Assembly (NCBI GenBank): GCA_964016885.1
Contig: OZ024741.1
Coordinates: forward strand, 374,666,001 to 374,730,000
Source: Eledone cirrhosa
Taxonomy: Eukaryota
DNA length: 64,000 nucleotides
Direction of reading: 5' to 3'
The notes under the pieces were generated by a model, which was not told the DNA's origin, did not search any database, and saw only the letters and a program-made list of their open reading frames with translations. Of this stretch, positions 1-14,170 are shown piece by piece. The stretch's first letter is position 1; the number at the start of each line of letters is the position of its first letter. The translations under genes were made by a program, and so were the position numbers.

Positions 1-1997
1 TTTGTATGTAGTATCTAGTATGTAGTACCTAGTATGTAGTACCTAGTACGTAGTACCTAGTATGTAGTACCTAGTACGTAGTACCTAGTATGTAGTACCG
101 GGTATGTAGTACCTAGTATATAGTACCTTGTATGTAGTACCTAGTATGTAGTACCTAATATGTAGTATCTAGTATGCAGTAGCTTGTATGTAGTACCTTG
201 TATGTAGTACCTAGTGTGTAGTACCTAGTATGTAGTACCTTGTATGTAGTACCTAGTATGTAGTACCTAGTATGTAGTACCTAGTATGTAGTACCTAGTA
301 TGTAGTACATTGTATGTAGTACCTAGTATGTAGTACCTTGTATGTAGTATTAAGTATGAAGTACCTAGTATGTAGTGCCTAGTATGTAGTACCTTGTATG
401 TAGTATCTAGTATGTAGTACCTAGTATGTAGTACCTTGTATGTAGTATCTAGTATGTAGTACCTAGTATGTAGTACCTAGTTTGTAGTACCTAGTATGTA
501 GTACCTAGTATGTAGTATCTAGTATGTAGTACCTAGTATGTAGTACCTAGTATGTAGTACCTAGTATGTAGAACCTAGTATGTAGTACCTTCTATGTAGT
601 ATGTAGTACTTAGTATGTAGTACCTAGTATGTAGTACCTAGTATGTAGTACCTTGTATGTAGTACCTAGTATGTAGTACCTAGTATGTAGTACCTATTAT
701 GTAGTACCTAGTATGTAGTACCTAGTATGCAGTACTTTGTATGTAGTACCTTGTATGTAGTACCTAGTATGTAGTACCTAGTATGTAGTACCTTGTATGT
801 AGTACCTAGTATGTAGTACCTAGTATGTTGTACCTAGTATGTAGTACCTAGTATGCAGTACCTAGTATGCAGTACCTTGTATGTAGTACCTAGTATGTAG
901 TACCTAGTATGTAGTACCTAGTATGTAGTACCTAGTATGTAGTACCTAATATGTAGTACCTATTATGTAGTACCTAGTATGTAGTACCTAGTATGTAGTA
1001 CCTATTATGTAGTACCTAGTATGTAGTACCTAGTATGGAGTACCTAGTATGTAGTATTTTGTATGTAGTATCTAGAATGTAGTACCTAGTATGTAGTACC
1101 TAGTATGTAGACCGTAGTTTGTAGTACCTAGTATGTAGTACCTAGTATGTAGTACCTAGTATGTAGTACCTAGTATGTAGTACCCAGTATGTATTACCAA
1201 GTATGTAGTACCTTGTATGTAGTATCTAGTATGTAGTACCTACTATGTAGTACCTAGTACGTAGGACCTAGTAAGTAGTACCTAGTACGTAGTACCTAGT
1301 ATGTGGTACCGGGTATGTAGTACCTAGTATATAGTACCTTGTATGTAGTACCTAGTATGTAGTACCTAGTATGTAGTACCTAGTATGTAGTACCTAGTAT
1401 GTAGTACCTAGTATGTAGTACCTTGTATGTAGTACCTAGTATGTAGTACCTTGTATGTAGTATTTAGTATGAAGTACCTAGTATGTAGTGCCTAGTATGT
1501 AGTACCTTGTATCTAGTATCTAGTATGTAGCACCTAGTATGTAGTACCTAGTTTGTAGCACCTAGTATGTAGAACCTAGTATGTAATACCTTGTATGTAG
1601 TATGTAGTACCTAGTATGTAGTACCTAGTATGTCGTACCTAGTATGTAGTACCTTGTATGTAGTACCTAGTATGTAGTACCTAGTATGTAGTACCTAGTA
1701 TGTAGTACCCAGTATGTTGTACCTACTATGCAGTACTTTGTATGTAGTATCTAGTATGTAGTACCTAGTATGTAGTACCCAGTATGTAGTACCTACTATG
1801 CAGTACTTTGTATGTAGTATCTAGTATGTAGTACCTAGTACGTAGTACCTAGTATGTAGTACCTAGTATGTAATACCTAGTATGTAGTACCTAGTATGTA
1901 GTACCTAGTATGTAGTACATAGTATGTAGTACCTAGTATGCAGTACCTTTTATGTTGTACCTAGTATGTAGTAACTAGTATGTAGTACCATGTATGT
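1..1997. repeat. 14-bp tandem satellite (TAGTATGTAGTACC)n, about 142 units, truncated by the left window edge
   Basis: Continuous head-to-tail TAGTATG-TAGTACC units. Common variants are TTGTATG, TAGTATC and CAGTACC. Extra 7-bp half-units occur near 600 and 1600. Confidence 0.98.
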
Positions 1998-3459
1998 CAC
2001 TCTCTAATATATTAACATACATAACATTATGACCTATCGCAGCTCTTCCACCACTCTCTAATATATTAACATACATCACATTATGACCTATCGCAGCTCT
2101 TCTACCACTCTCTAATATATTAATATATATAACATTATTACCTATCGCAGCTCTTCCACCACTCTCTAATATATTAACATACATAACATTAAGACCTATT
2201 GCAGCTCTTCTACCACTCTCTAATATATTAACATACATAACATTAAGACCTATTGCATCTCTTCTACCACTCTCTAATATATTAAAATACATAACATTAA
2301 GACCTATTGCAGCTCTTCTACCACTCTCTAATATATTAACATACATAACATTAATACCTATTGCAGCTCTTCTACCACTCTCTAATATATTAACATACAT
2401 AACATTATGACCTATCGCAGCTCTTCTGCCACTCTCTAATATATTAGCATACATAACATTATGACCTATCGCAGCTCTTCCACCACTCTCTAATATATTA
2501 AAATACATGACATTATGACCTATCACAGCTCTTCTACCACTCTCTAATATATTAGCATACATAACATTATGACCTATCGCAGCTCTTCCACCACTCTCTA
2601 ATATATTAGCATACATAACATTATGACCTATCGCAGCTCTTCTGCCACTCTCTAATATATTAACATACATAACATTATGATTTATCGCAGCTCTTCTGCC
2701 ACTCTCTAATATATTAACATACATAACATTAAGACCTATTGCAGCTCTTCCACCACTCTCTAATATATTAGCATACATAACATTATGAGCTATCGCAGCT
2801 CTTCTACCACTCTCTAATATATTAACATACATAACATTATGACCTATCGCAGCTCTTCTGCCACTCTCTAATATATTAACATACATAACATTAAGACCTA
2901 TTGCAGCTCTTCCACCACTCTCTTATATATTAACATACGTAACGTTATGACCTATCGCAGCTCTTCCACCACTCTCTAATATATTAACATTCATAACATT
3001 ATGACCTATTGCAGCTCTTCTGCCACTCTCTAATATATTAACATACATAACATTAGGACCTATCGCAGCTCTTCCACCACTCTCTAATATATTAGCATAC
3101 ATAACATTAAGACCTATTGCAGCTCTTCCACCACTCTCTAATATATTAGCATACATAACATTATGACCTATCGCAGCTGTTCTGCCACTCTCTAATATAT
3201 TAACATACATAACATTAAGACCTATTGCAGCTCTTCCACCACTCTCTAATATATTAACATACATAACATTATGACCTATTGCAGCTCTTCTGCCACTCTC
3301 TAATATATTAACATACATAACTTTAGGACCTATCGCAGCTCTTCCACCACTCTCTAATATATTAGCATACATAACATTAAGACCTATTGCAGCTCTTCCA
3401 CCACTCTCTAATATATTAACATACATAACATTAAGACCTATCGCAGCTCTTCCACCACT

Positions 3460-6400
3460 CTATAATATATTAACATTCATAACATTATGACCTATCGCAG
3501 CTCTTCTGCCACTCTCTAATATATTAACATACATAACATTATGACCTATCGCAGCTCTTCTACCACTCTCTAATATATTAGCATACATAACATCATGACC
3601 TATCGCAGCTCTTCTGCCACTCTCTAATATATTAACATACATAACATTATGACCTATCGCAGCTCTTCTCCCACTCTCTAATATATTAACATACATAACA
3701 TTATGACCTCTCGCAGCTCTTCTGCCACTCTCTAATATATTAACATACATAACATTATGACCTATCGCAGCTCTTCTACCGCTCTCTAATATATTATCAT
3801 ACATAACATTATGACCTATCGCAGCTCTTCTACCACTCTCTAATATATTAACATACATGACATTATGACCTATCGCAGCTCTTCCACCACTCTCTAATAT
3901 ATTAACATACATAACATTATGACCTATCGCAGCTCTTCCACCACTCTCTAATATATTAACATACATAACATTATGACCTATCGCAGCTCTTCTGCCACTC
4001 TCTAATATATTAACATACATAACATTATGACCTATCGCAGCTCTTCTGCCACTCTCTAATATATTAACATACATAACATTATGACCTATCGCAGCTCTTC
4101 CACGACTCTCTAATATATTAACATACATAACATTATGACCTATCGCAGCTCTTCTGCCACTCTCTAATATATTAACATACATAACATTATGACCTATCGC
4201 AGCTCTTCTACCGCTCTCTAATATATTAACATATATAACACTATGACCTATCGCAGCTCTTCTGCCACTCTCTGATATATTAACATACATAACATTATGA
4301 CCTATCGCAGCTCTTCCACCACTCTCTAATATATTAACATACATAACATTATGACCTATCGCAGCTCTTCCACCACTCTCTAATATATTAACATACATAA
4401 CACTATGACCTATCGCAGCTATTCTGCCACTCTCTAATATATTAACATACATGACATTAAGACCTATTGCAGCTCTTCCACCACTCTCTAATATATTAGC
4501 ATACATAACATCATGACCTATCGCAGCTCTTCTGCCACTCTCTAATATATTAAAATACATAACATTATGACCTATCGCAGCTCTTCTCCCACTCTCTAAT
4601 ATATTAACATACATAACATTATGACCTATCGCAGCTCTTCTGCCACTCTCTAATATATTAACATACATAACATTATGACCTATCGCAGCTCTTCTGCCAC
4701 TCTCTAATATATTAACATACATAACATTATGACCTATCGCAGCTCTTCTGTCACTCTCTAATATATTAACATACATAACATTAAGACCTATTGCAGCTCT
4801 TCCACCACTCTCTAATATATTAACATACATAACATTATGACCTATCGCAGCTCTTCTTCCACTCTCTAATATATTAACATACATAACATTATGACCTATC
4901 GCAGCTCTTCCACCACTCTCTAATATATTAACATACATCACATTATGACCTATCGCAGCTCTTCTACCACTCTCTAATATATTAATAAATATAACATTAT
5001 TACCTATCGCAGCTCTTCCACCACTTTCTAATATATTAACATACATAACATTAAGACCTATTGCAGCTCTTCTACTACTCTCTAATATATTAACATACAT
5101 AACATTAAGACCTATTGCATCTCTTCTACCACTCTCTAATATATTAACATACATAACATTAAGACCTATTGCAGCTCTTCTACCACTCTCTAATATATTA
5201 ACATACATAACATTAAGACGTATTGCAGCTCTTCTACCACTCTCTAATATATTAACATACATAACATTAACACCTATTGCAGCTCTTCTACCACTCTCTA
5301 ATATATTAACATACATAACATTATGACCTATCGCAGCTCTTCTGCCACTCTCTAATATATTAACATACATAACATTATGACCTATCTCAGCTCTTCTCCC
5401 ACTCTCTAATATATTAACATACATGACATTAAGACCTATTGCAGCTCTTCTACCACTCTCTAATATATTAACATACATAACATTAAGACCTATTGCAGCT
5501 CTTCTACCACTCTCTAATATATTAACATACATAACATTAAGACCTATTGCAGCTCTTCTACCACTCTCTAATATATTAACATACATAACATTATGACCTA
5601 TCGCAGCTCTTGTGCCACTCTCTAATATATTAACATACATAACATTAAGACCTATTGCAGCCCTTCCACCCCTCTCTAATATATTAACATACATAACATT
5701 ATGAACTATTGCAGCTCTTCTCCCACTCTCTAATATATTAACATACATGACATTAAGACCTATTGCAGCTCTTCCACCACTCTCTAATATATTAACATAC
5801 ATAACATTATGACCTATTGCAGCTCTTCTACCACTCTCTAATATATTAACATACATAACATTATGACCTATCGCAGCTCTTCTGTCACTCTCTAATATAT
5901 TAACATACATAACATTATGACCTATCGCAGCTCTTCTCCCACTCTCTAATATATTAACATACATAACATTAAGACCTATTGCAGCTCTTCTACCACTGTC
6001 TAATATATTAACATACATAACATTAAGACCTATTGCAGCTCTTCTGCCACTCTCTAATATATTAACATACATAACATTAAGACCTATTGCATCTCTTCCA
6101 CCACTCACTAATATATTAACATACATAACATTAAGACCTATTGCCGCTCTTCCACCACTCTCTAATATATTAACATACATAGCATTAAGACCTATTGCAG
6201 CTCTTCTGCCACTCTCTAATATATTAACATACATAACATTAAGACCTATTGCAGCTCTTCCACCACTCTCTAATATATTAACATACATAACATTAAGGCC
6301 TATTGCAGCTCTTCTACCACTCTCAAGTATATTAACATACATAACACTATGACCTATCGCAGCTCTTCTCCCACTCTCTAATATATTAACATACATAACA

Positions 6401-9400
6401 TTATGACCTATCGCAGCTCTTCTCCCACTCTCTAATATATTAACATACATAACATTATGACCTATCGCAGCTCTTCTCCCACTCTCTAATATATTAACAT
6501 ACATAACATTAAGACCTACTGCAGCTCTTCTACCACTCTCTAATATATTAACATACATAACATTTAGACCTATTGCAGCTCTTCTGCCACTCTCTAATAT
6601 ATTAACATACATAACATCATGACCTATTGCATCTCTTCCACCACTCTCTAATATATTAACATACATAACATTAAGACCTATTGCCACTCTTCCACCACTC
6701 TCTAATATATTAACATACATAACATTAAAACCTATTGCAGCTCTTCTGCCACTCTCTAATATATTAACATACATAACATTAAGACCTATTGCAGCTCTTC
6801 CACTACTCTCTAATATATTAACATACATAACATTAAGGCCTATTGCAGCTCTTCCACCACTCTCAAGTATATTAACATACATAACACTATGACCTATCGC
6901 AGCTCTTCTCCCACTCTCTAATATATTAACATACATAACATTATGACCTATCGCAGCTCTTCTCCGACTCTCTAATATATTAACATACATAACATTATGA
7001 CCTATCGCAGCTCTTCTCCCACTCTCTAATATATTAACATACATAACATTATGACCTATCGCAACTCTTCTGCTACTCTCTAATATATTAACATACATAA
7101 CATTAAGACCTATCGCAGCTCTTCCAGCACTCTCTAATATATTAACATACATAACATTAAGACCTATTGCAGCTCTTCTGCCACTCTCTAATATATTAAC
7201 ATACATAACATTAAGACCTATTGCAGCTCTTCCACTACTCTCTAATATATTAACATACATAACATTAAGGCCTATTGCAGCTCTTCCACCACTCTCTAAT
7301 ATATTAACATACATAACATTATGACCTATCGCAGCTCTTCTGCCACTCTCTAATATATTAACATACATAACATTATGACCTATCGCAGCTCTTCCACGAC
7401 TCTCTAATATATTAACATACATAACATTATGACCTATCGCAGCTCTTCTGCCACTCTCTAATATATTAACATACATAACATTATGACCTATCGCAGCTCT
7501 TCTACCGCTCTCTAATATATTAACATATATAACACTATGACCTATCGCAGCTCTTCTGCCACTCTCTGATATATTAACATACATAACATTATGACCTATC
7601 GCAGCTCTTCCACCACTCTCTAATATATTAACATACATAACATTATGACCTATCGCAGCTCTTCCACCACTCTCTAATATATTAACATACATAACACTAT
7701 GACCTATCGCAGCTATTCTGCCACTCTCTAATATATTAACATACATGACATTAAGACCTATTGCAGCTCTTCCACCACTCTCTAATATATTAGCATACAT
7801 AACATCATGACCTATCGCAGCTCTTCTGCCACTCTCTAATATATTAAAATACATAACATTATGACCTATCGCAGCTCTTCTCCCACTCTCTAATATATTA
7901 ACATACATAACATTATGACCTATCGCAGCTCTTCTGCCACTCTCTAATATATTAACATACATAACATTATGACCTATCGCAGCTCTTCTGCCACTCTCTA
8001 ATATATTAACATACATAACATTATGACCTATCGCAGCTCTTCTGTCACTCTCTAATATATTAACATACATAACATTAAGACCTATTGCAGCTCTTCCACC
8101 ACTCTCTAATATATTAACATACATAACATTATGACCTATCGCAGCTCTTCTTCCACTCTCTAATATATTAACATACATAACATTATGACCTATCGCAGCT
8201 CTTCCACCACTCTCTAATATATTAACATACATCACATTATGACCTATCGCAGCTCTTCTACCACTCTCTAATATATTAATAAATATAACATTATTACCTA
8301 TCGCAGCTCTTCCACCACTCTCTAATATATTAACATACATAACATTAAGACCTATTGCAGCTCTTCTACTACTCTCTAATATATTAACATACATAACATT
8401 AAGACCTATTGCATCTCTTCTACCACTCTCTAATATATTAACATACATAACATTAAGACCTATTGCAGCTCTTCTACCACTCTCTAATATATTAACATAC
8501 ATAACATTAAGACGTATTGCAGCTCTTCTACCACTCTCTAATATATTAACATACATAACATTAACACCTATTGCAGCTCTTCTACCACTCTCTAATATAT
8601 TAACATACATAACATTATGACCTATCGCAGCTCTTCTGCCACTCTCTAATATATTAACATACATAACATTATGACCTATCTCAGATCTTCTCCCACTCTC
8701 TAATATATTAACATACATGACATTAAGACCTATTGCAGCTCTTCTACCACTCTCTAATATATTAACATACATAACATTAAGACCTATTGCAGCTCTTCTA
8801 CCACTCTCTAATATATTAACATACATAACATTAAGACCTATTGCAGCTCTTCTACCACTTTCTAATATATTAACATACATAACATTATGACCTATCGCAG
8901 CTCTTGTGCCACTCTCTAATATATTAACATACATAACATTAAGACCTATTGCAGCCCTTCCACCCCTCTCTAATATATTAACATACATAACATTATGAAC
9001 TATTGCAGCTCTTCTCCCACTCTCTAATATATTAACATACATGACATTAAGACCTATTGCAGCTCTTCCACCACTCTCTAATATATTAACATACATAACA
9101 TTATGACCTATTGCAGCTCTTCTACCACTCTCTAATATATTAACATACATAACATTATGACCTATCGCAGCTCTTCTGTCACTCTCTAATATATTAACAT
9201 ACATAACATTATGACCTATCGCAGCTCTTCTCCCACTCTCTAATATATTAACATACATAACATTAAGACCTATTGCAGCTCTTCTACCACTGTCTAATAT
9301 ATTAACATACATAACATTAAGACCTATTGCAGCTCTTCTGCCACTCTCTAATATATTAACATACATAACATTAAGACCTATTGCATCTCTTCCACCACTC

Positions 9401-10554
9401 ACTAATATATTAACATACATAACATTAAGACCTATTGCCGCTCTTCCACCACTCTCTAATATATTAACATACATAGCATTAAGACCTATTGCAGCTCTTC
9501 TGCCACTCTCTAATATATTAACATACATAACATTAAGACCTATTGCAGCTCTTCCACCACTCTCTAATATATTAACATACATAACATTAAGGCCTATTGC
9601 AGCTCTTCTACCACTCTCAAGTATATTAACATACATAACACTATGACCTATCGCAGCTCTTCTCCCACTCTCTAATATATTAACATACATAACATTATGA
9701 CCTATCGCAGCTCTTCTCCCACTCTCTAATATATTAACATACATAACATTATGACCTATCGCAGCTCTTCTCCCACTCTCTAATATATTAACATACATAA
9801 CATTAAGACCTACTGCAGCTCTGCTACCACTCTCTAATATATTAACATACATAACATTTAGACCTATTGCAGCTCTTCTGCCACTCTCTAATATATTAAC
9901 ATACATAACATCATGACCTATTGCATCTCTTCCACCACTCTCTAATATATTAACATACATAACATTAAGACCTATTGCCACTCTTCCACCACTCTCTAAT
10001 ATATTAACATACATAACATTAAGACCTATTGCAGCTCTTCTGCCACTCTCTAATATATTAACATACATAACATTAAGACCTATTGCAGCTCTTCCACTAC
10101 TCTCTAATATATTAACATACATAACATTATGGCCTATTGCAGCTCTTCCACCACTCTCAAGTATATTAACATACATAACACTATGACCTATCGCAGCTCT
10201 TCTCCCACTCTCTAATATATTAACATACATAACATTATGACCTATCGCAGCTCTTCTCCGACTCTCTAATATATTAACATACATAACATTATGACCTATC
10301 GCAGCTCTTCTCCCACTCTCTAATATATTAACATACATAACATTATGACCTATCGCAACTCTTCTGCTACTCTCTAATATATTAACATACATAACATTAA
10401 GACCTATCGCAGCTCTTCCAGCACTCTCTAATATATTAACATACATAACATTAAGACATATTGCAGCTCTTCCACCACTCTCTAATATATTAACATACAT
10501 AACACTATGACCTATCGCAGCTCTTCTCCCACTCTCTAATATATTAACATACAT
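3460..10554 (-). other. Longest stop-free reading frame in the satellite (2,364 aa of an 18-aa repeat); not called as a gene
   Basis: From the ORF track. It has no unique N- or C-terminal sequence, is bounded by point-mutation stops, and is mostly a two-fold copy of the 61-mer. Confidence given is for it being protein-coding. Confidence 0.12.
3995..10457. repeat. Higher-order tandem duplication, period 3,294 bp (61 monomers)
   Basis: Private variants recur at exactly +3294: CACGAC 4104/7398, TCTGAT 4274/7568, CCAGCAC 7127/10421. Only a handful of differences separate the copies. Confidence 0.93.
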
Positions 10555-13500
10555 AACATTATGACCTATCGCAGGTCTTCTGCCACTCTCTTATATATTA
10601 ACATACATAACATTAAGACCTATTGCAGCTCTTCTACCACTCTCTAATATATTAACATACATAACATTATGACCTATTGCAGCTCTTCTACCACTCTCTA
10701 ATATATTAACATACATAACATTAAGACCTATTGCAGTTCTTCCACCCCTCTCTAATATATTAGCATACATAACATTATGACCTATCGCAGCTCTTCTACC
10801 ACTCTCTAATATATTAACATACATAACATTATGACCTATCGCAGCTCTTCCACCACTCTCTAATATATTAGCATACATAACATTATGACCTATCGCAGCT
10901 CTTCTGCCACTCTCTAATATATTAACATACATAACATTAAGACCTATTGCAGCTCTTCCACCACTCTCTAATATATTACCATACATAACATTATGACCTA
11001 TCGCAGCTCTTCCACCACTCTCTAATATATTAACATACATAACATTATGACCTATCGCAGCTCTTCTGCCACTCTCTAATATATTAACATACATAACATT
11101 ATGACCTATCGCAGCTCTTCCACCACTCTCTAATATGTTAAAATACATGACATTATGACCTATCGACAGCTCTTCCACCACTCTCTAATATATTAAAATA
11201 CATAACATTATGACCTATCGCAGCTCTTCTACCGCTCTCTAATATATTAGCATACATAACATTATGACCTATCGCAGCTCTTCTACCACTCTCTAATATA
11301 TTAACATACATGACATCATGACCTATCGCAGCTCTTCCACCACTCTCTAATATATTAACATACATAACATTATGACCTATCGAAGCTCTTCCACCACTCT
11401 CTAATATATTAAAATACATGACATTATGACCTATCGCAGCTCTTCTACCACTCTCTAATATATTAACATACATAACATTATGACCTATCGCAGCTCGTCT
11501 ACCACTCTCTAATATATTAACATACATAATATTATGACCTATCGCATCTCTTCCACCACTCTCTAATATATTAACATACATAACATTATGACCTATCGCA
11601 GCTCTTCCACCACTCTCTAATATATTAACATACATAACATTATGACCTATCGCAGCTCTTCCACCACTCTCTAATATATTAACATATATAACATTATGAC
11701 CTATCGCAGCCCTTCCACCACTCTCTAATATATTAACATACATAACATTATGACCTATCGCAGCTCTTCTGCCACTCTCTAATATATTAACATACATAAC
11801 ATTATGACCTATCGCAGCTCTTCTACCACTCTCTAATATATTAACATACATAACATTATGACCTATCGCAGCTCTTCCACCACTCTCAAGTATATTAACA
11901 TACATAACACTATGACCTATCGCAGCTCTTCTCCCACTCTCTAATATATTAACATACATAACATTATGACCTATCGCAGCTCTTCTCCCACTCTCTAATA
12001 TATTAATATACATAACATTATGACCTATCGCAGCTCTTCTCCCACTCTCTAATATATTAACATACATAACATTATGACCTATTGCAGCTCTTCCACCACT
12101 CTCTAACATATTAACATACATAACATTAAGACCTATTGCAGCTCTTCCACCACTCTCTAATATATTAACATACATAACACTATGACCTATCGCAGCTCTT
12201 CTCCCACTCTCTAATATATTAACATACATAACATTATGACCTATCGCAGCTCTTCTGCCAGTCTCTAATATTTTAACATACATAACATTAAGACCTATTG
12301 CAGCTCTTCTACCACTCTCTAATATATTAACATACATAACATTATGACCTATTGCAGCTCTTCTACCACTCTCTAATATATTAACATACATGACATTATG
12401 ACCTATCGCAGCTCTTCTGCCACTCTCTAATATATTAACATACATGACATTATGAGCTATCGCAGCTCTTCTCCCACTCTCTAATATATTAACATACATA
12501 ACATTATGACCTATCGCAGCTATTCTCCCACTCTCTAATATATTAACATACATAACATTATGACCTATCGCAGCTCTTCTGCCACTGTCTAATATATTAA
12601 CATACATAACATTATGACCTATCGCAGCTCTTCTGCCACTCTCTAATATATTAACATACATAACATTATGACCTATCGCAGCTCTTCTACCACTCTCTAA
12701 TATATTAACATACATAACATTATGACATATCGCAGTTCTTCCACCACTCTCAAGTATATTAACATACATAACACTATGACCTATCGCAGCTCTTCTGCCA
12801 CTCTCTAATATATTAACATACATAACATTATGACCTATCGCAGCTCTTCTCCCACTCTCTAATATATTAACATACATAACATTATGACCTATCGCAGCTC
12901 TTCTCCCACTCTCTAATATATTAACATACATAACATTATGACCTATTGCAGCTCTTCCAGCACTCTCTAACATATTAACATACATAACATTAAGACCTAT
13001 TGCAGCTCTTCAACCAATCTATAATATATTAACATACATAACACTATGACCTATCGCAGCTCTTCTCCCACTCTCTAATATATTAACATACATAACATTA
13101 TGACCTATCGCAGCTCTTCTGCCACTCTCTAATATTTTAACATACATAACATTAAGACCTATTGCAGCTCTTCTACCACTCTCTAATATATTAACATACA
13201 TAACATTATGACCTATTGCAGCTCTTCTACCACTCTTTAATATATTAACATACATGACATTATGACCTATCGCAGCTCTTCTGCCACTCTCTAATATATT
13301 ACATACATGACATTATGACCTATCGCAGCTCTTCTCCCACTCTCTAATATATTAACATACATAACATTATGACCTATCGCAGCTATTCTCCCACTCTCTA
13401 ATATATTAACATACATAACATTATGACCTATCGCAGCTCTTCTGCCACTCTCTAATATATTAACATACATAACATTATGACCTATCGCAGCTCTTCTGCA

Positions 13501-13699
13501 ACTCTCTAATATATTAACATACATAACATTAAGACCTATTGCAGCTCTTCCACCACTCTCTAATATATTAGCATACATAACATTATGACCTATCGCAGCT
13601 CTTCTACCACTCTCTAATATATTAACATACATAACATTATGACCTATCGCAGCTGTTCTGCCACTCTCTAATATATTAACATACATAACATTATGACCT

Positions 13700-14170
13700 A
13701 TCGTAGCTCTTCTGCCACTCTCTAATATATTAACATACATAACATTAAGACCTATTGCAGTCCTTCCACCCCTCTCTAATATATTAGCATACATAACATT
13801 ATGACCTATCGCAGCTCTTCTACCACTCTCTAATATATTAACATACATAACAATATGACCTATCGCAGCTCATCTGCCACTCTCTAATATATTAACATAC
13901 ATAACATTATGACCTATCGCAGCTCTTCTGCCACTCTCTAATATATTAACATACATAACATTATGACCTATCGCAGCTCTTCTGCCACTCTCTAATATAT
14001 TAACATACATAACATTAAGACCTATTGCAGTCCTTCCACCCCTCTCTAATATATTAGCATACATAACATTATGACCTATCGCAGCTCTTCTACCACTCTC
14101 TAATATATTAACATACATAACAATATGACCTATCGCAGCTCATCTGCCACTCTCTAATATATTAACATAC
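13700..14170. repeat. Short tandem duplication, period 270 bp (5 monomers)
   Basis: CAATATGACC...CATCTGCC at 13851 and 14121, and CAGTCCTTCCACCCCTC near 13760 and 14030. ORF boundaries 13848/14118 and 13870/14140 also differ by 270. Confidence 0.9.

Noticed and set aside
1-1997. Telomeric repeat at a chromosome end
   Set aside because: The unit has no G-run, and the + strand is not C-rich as expected at a left end. The array is degenerate with internal duplications. A subtelomeric location cannot be excluded without the flank.
2004-2016. TATA-like promoter elements in TAATATATTAA
   Set aside because: The motif is present in every monomer with no associated gene or start-site evidence.
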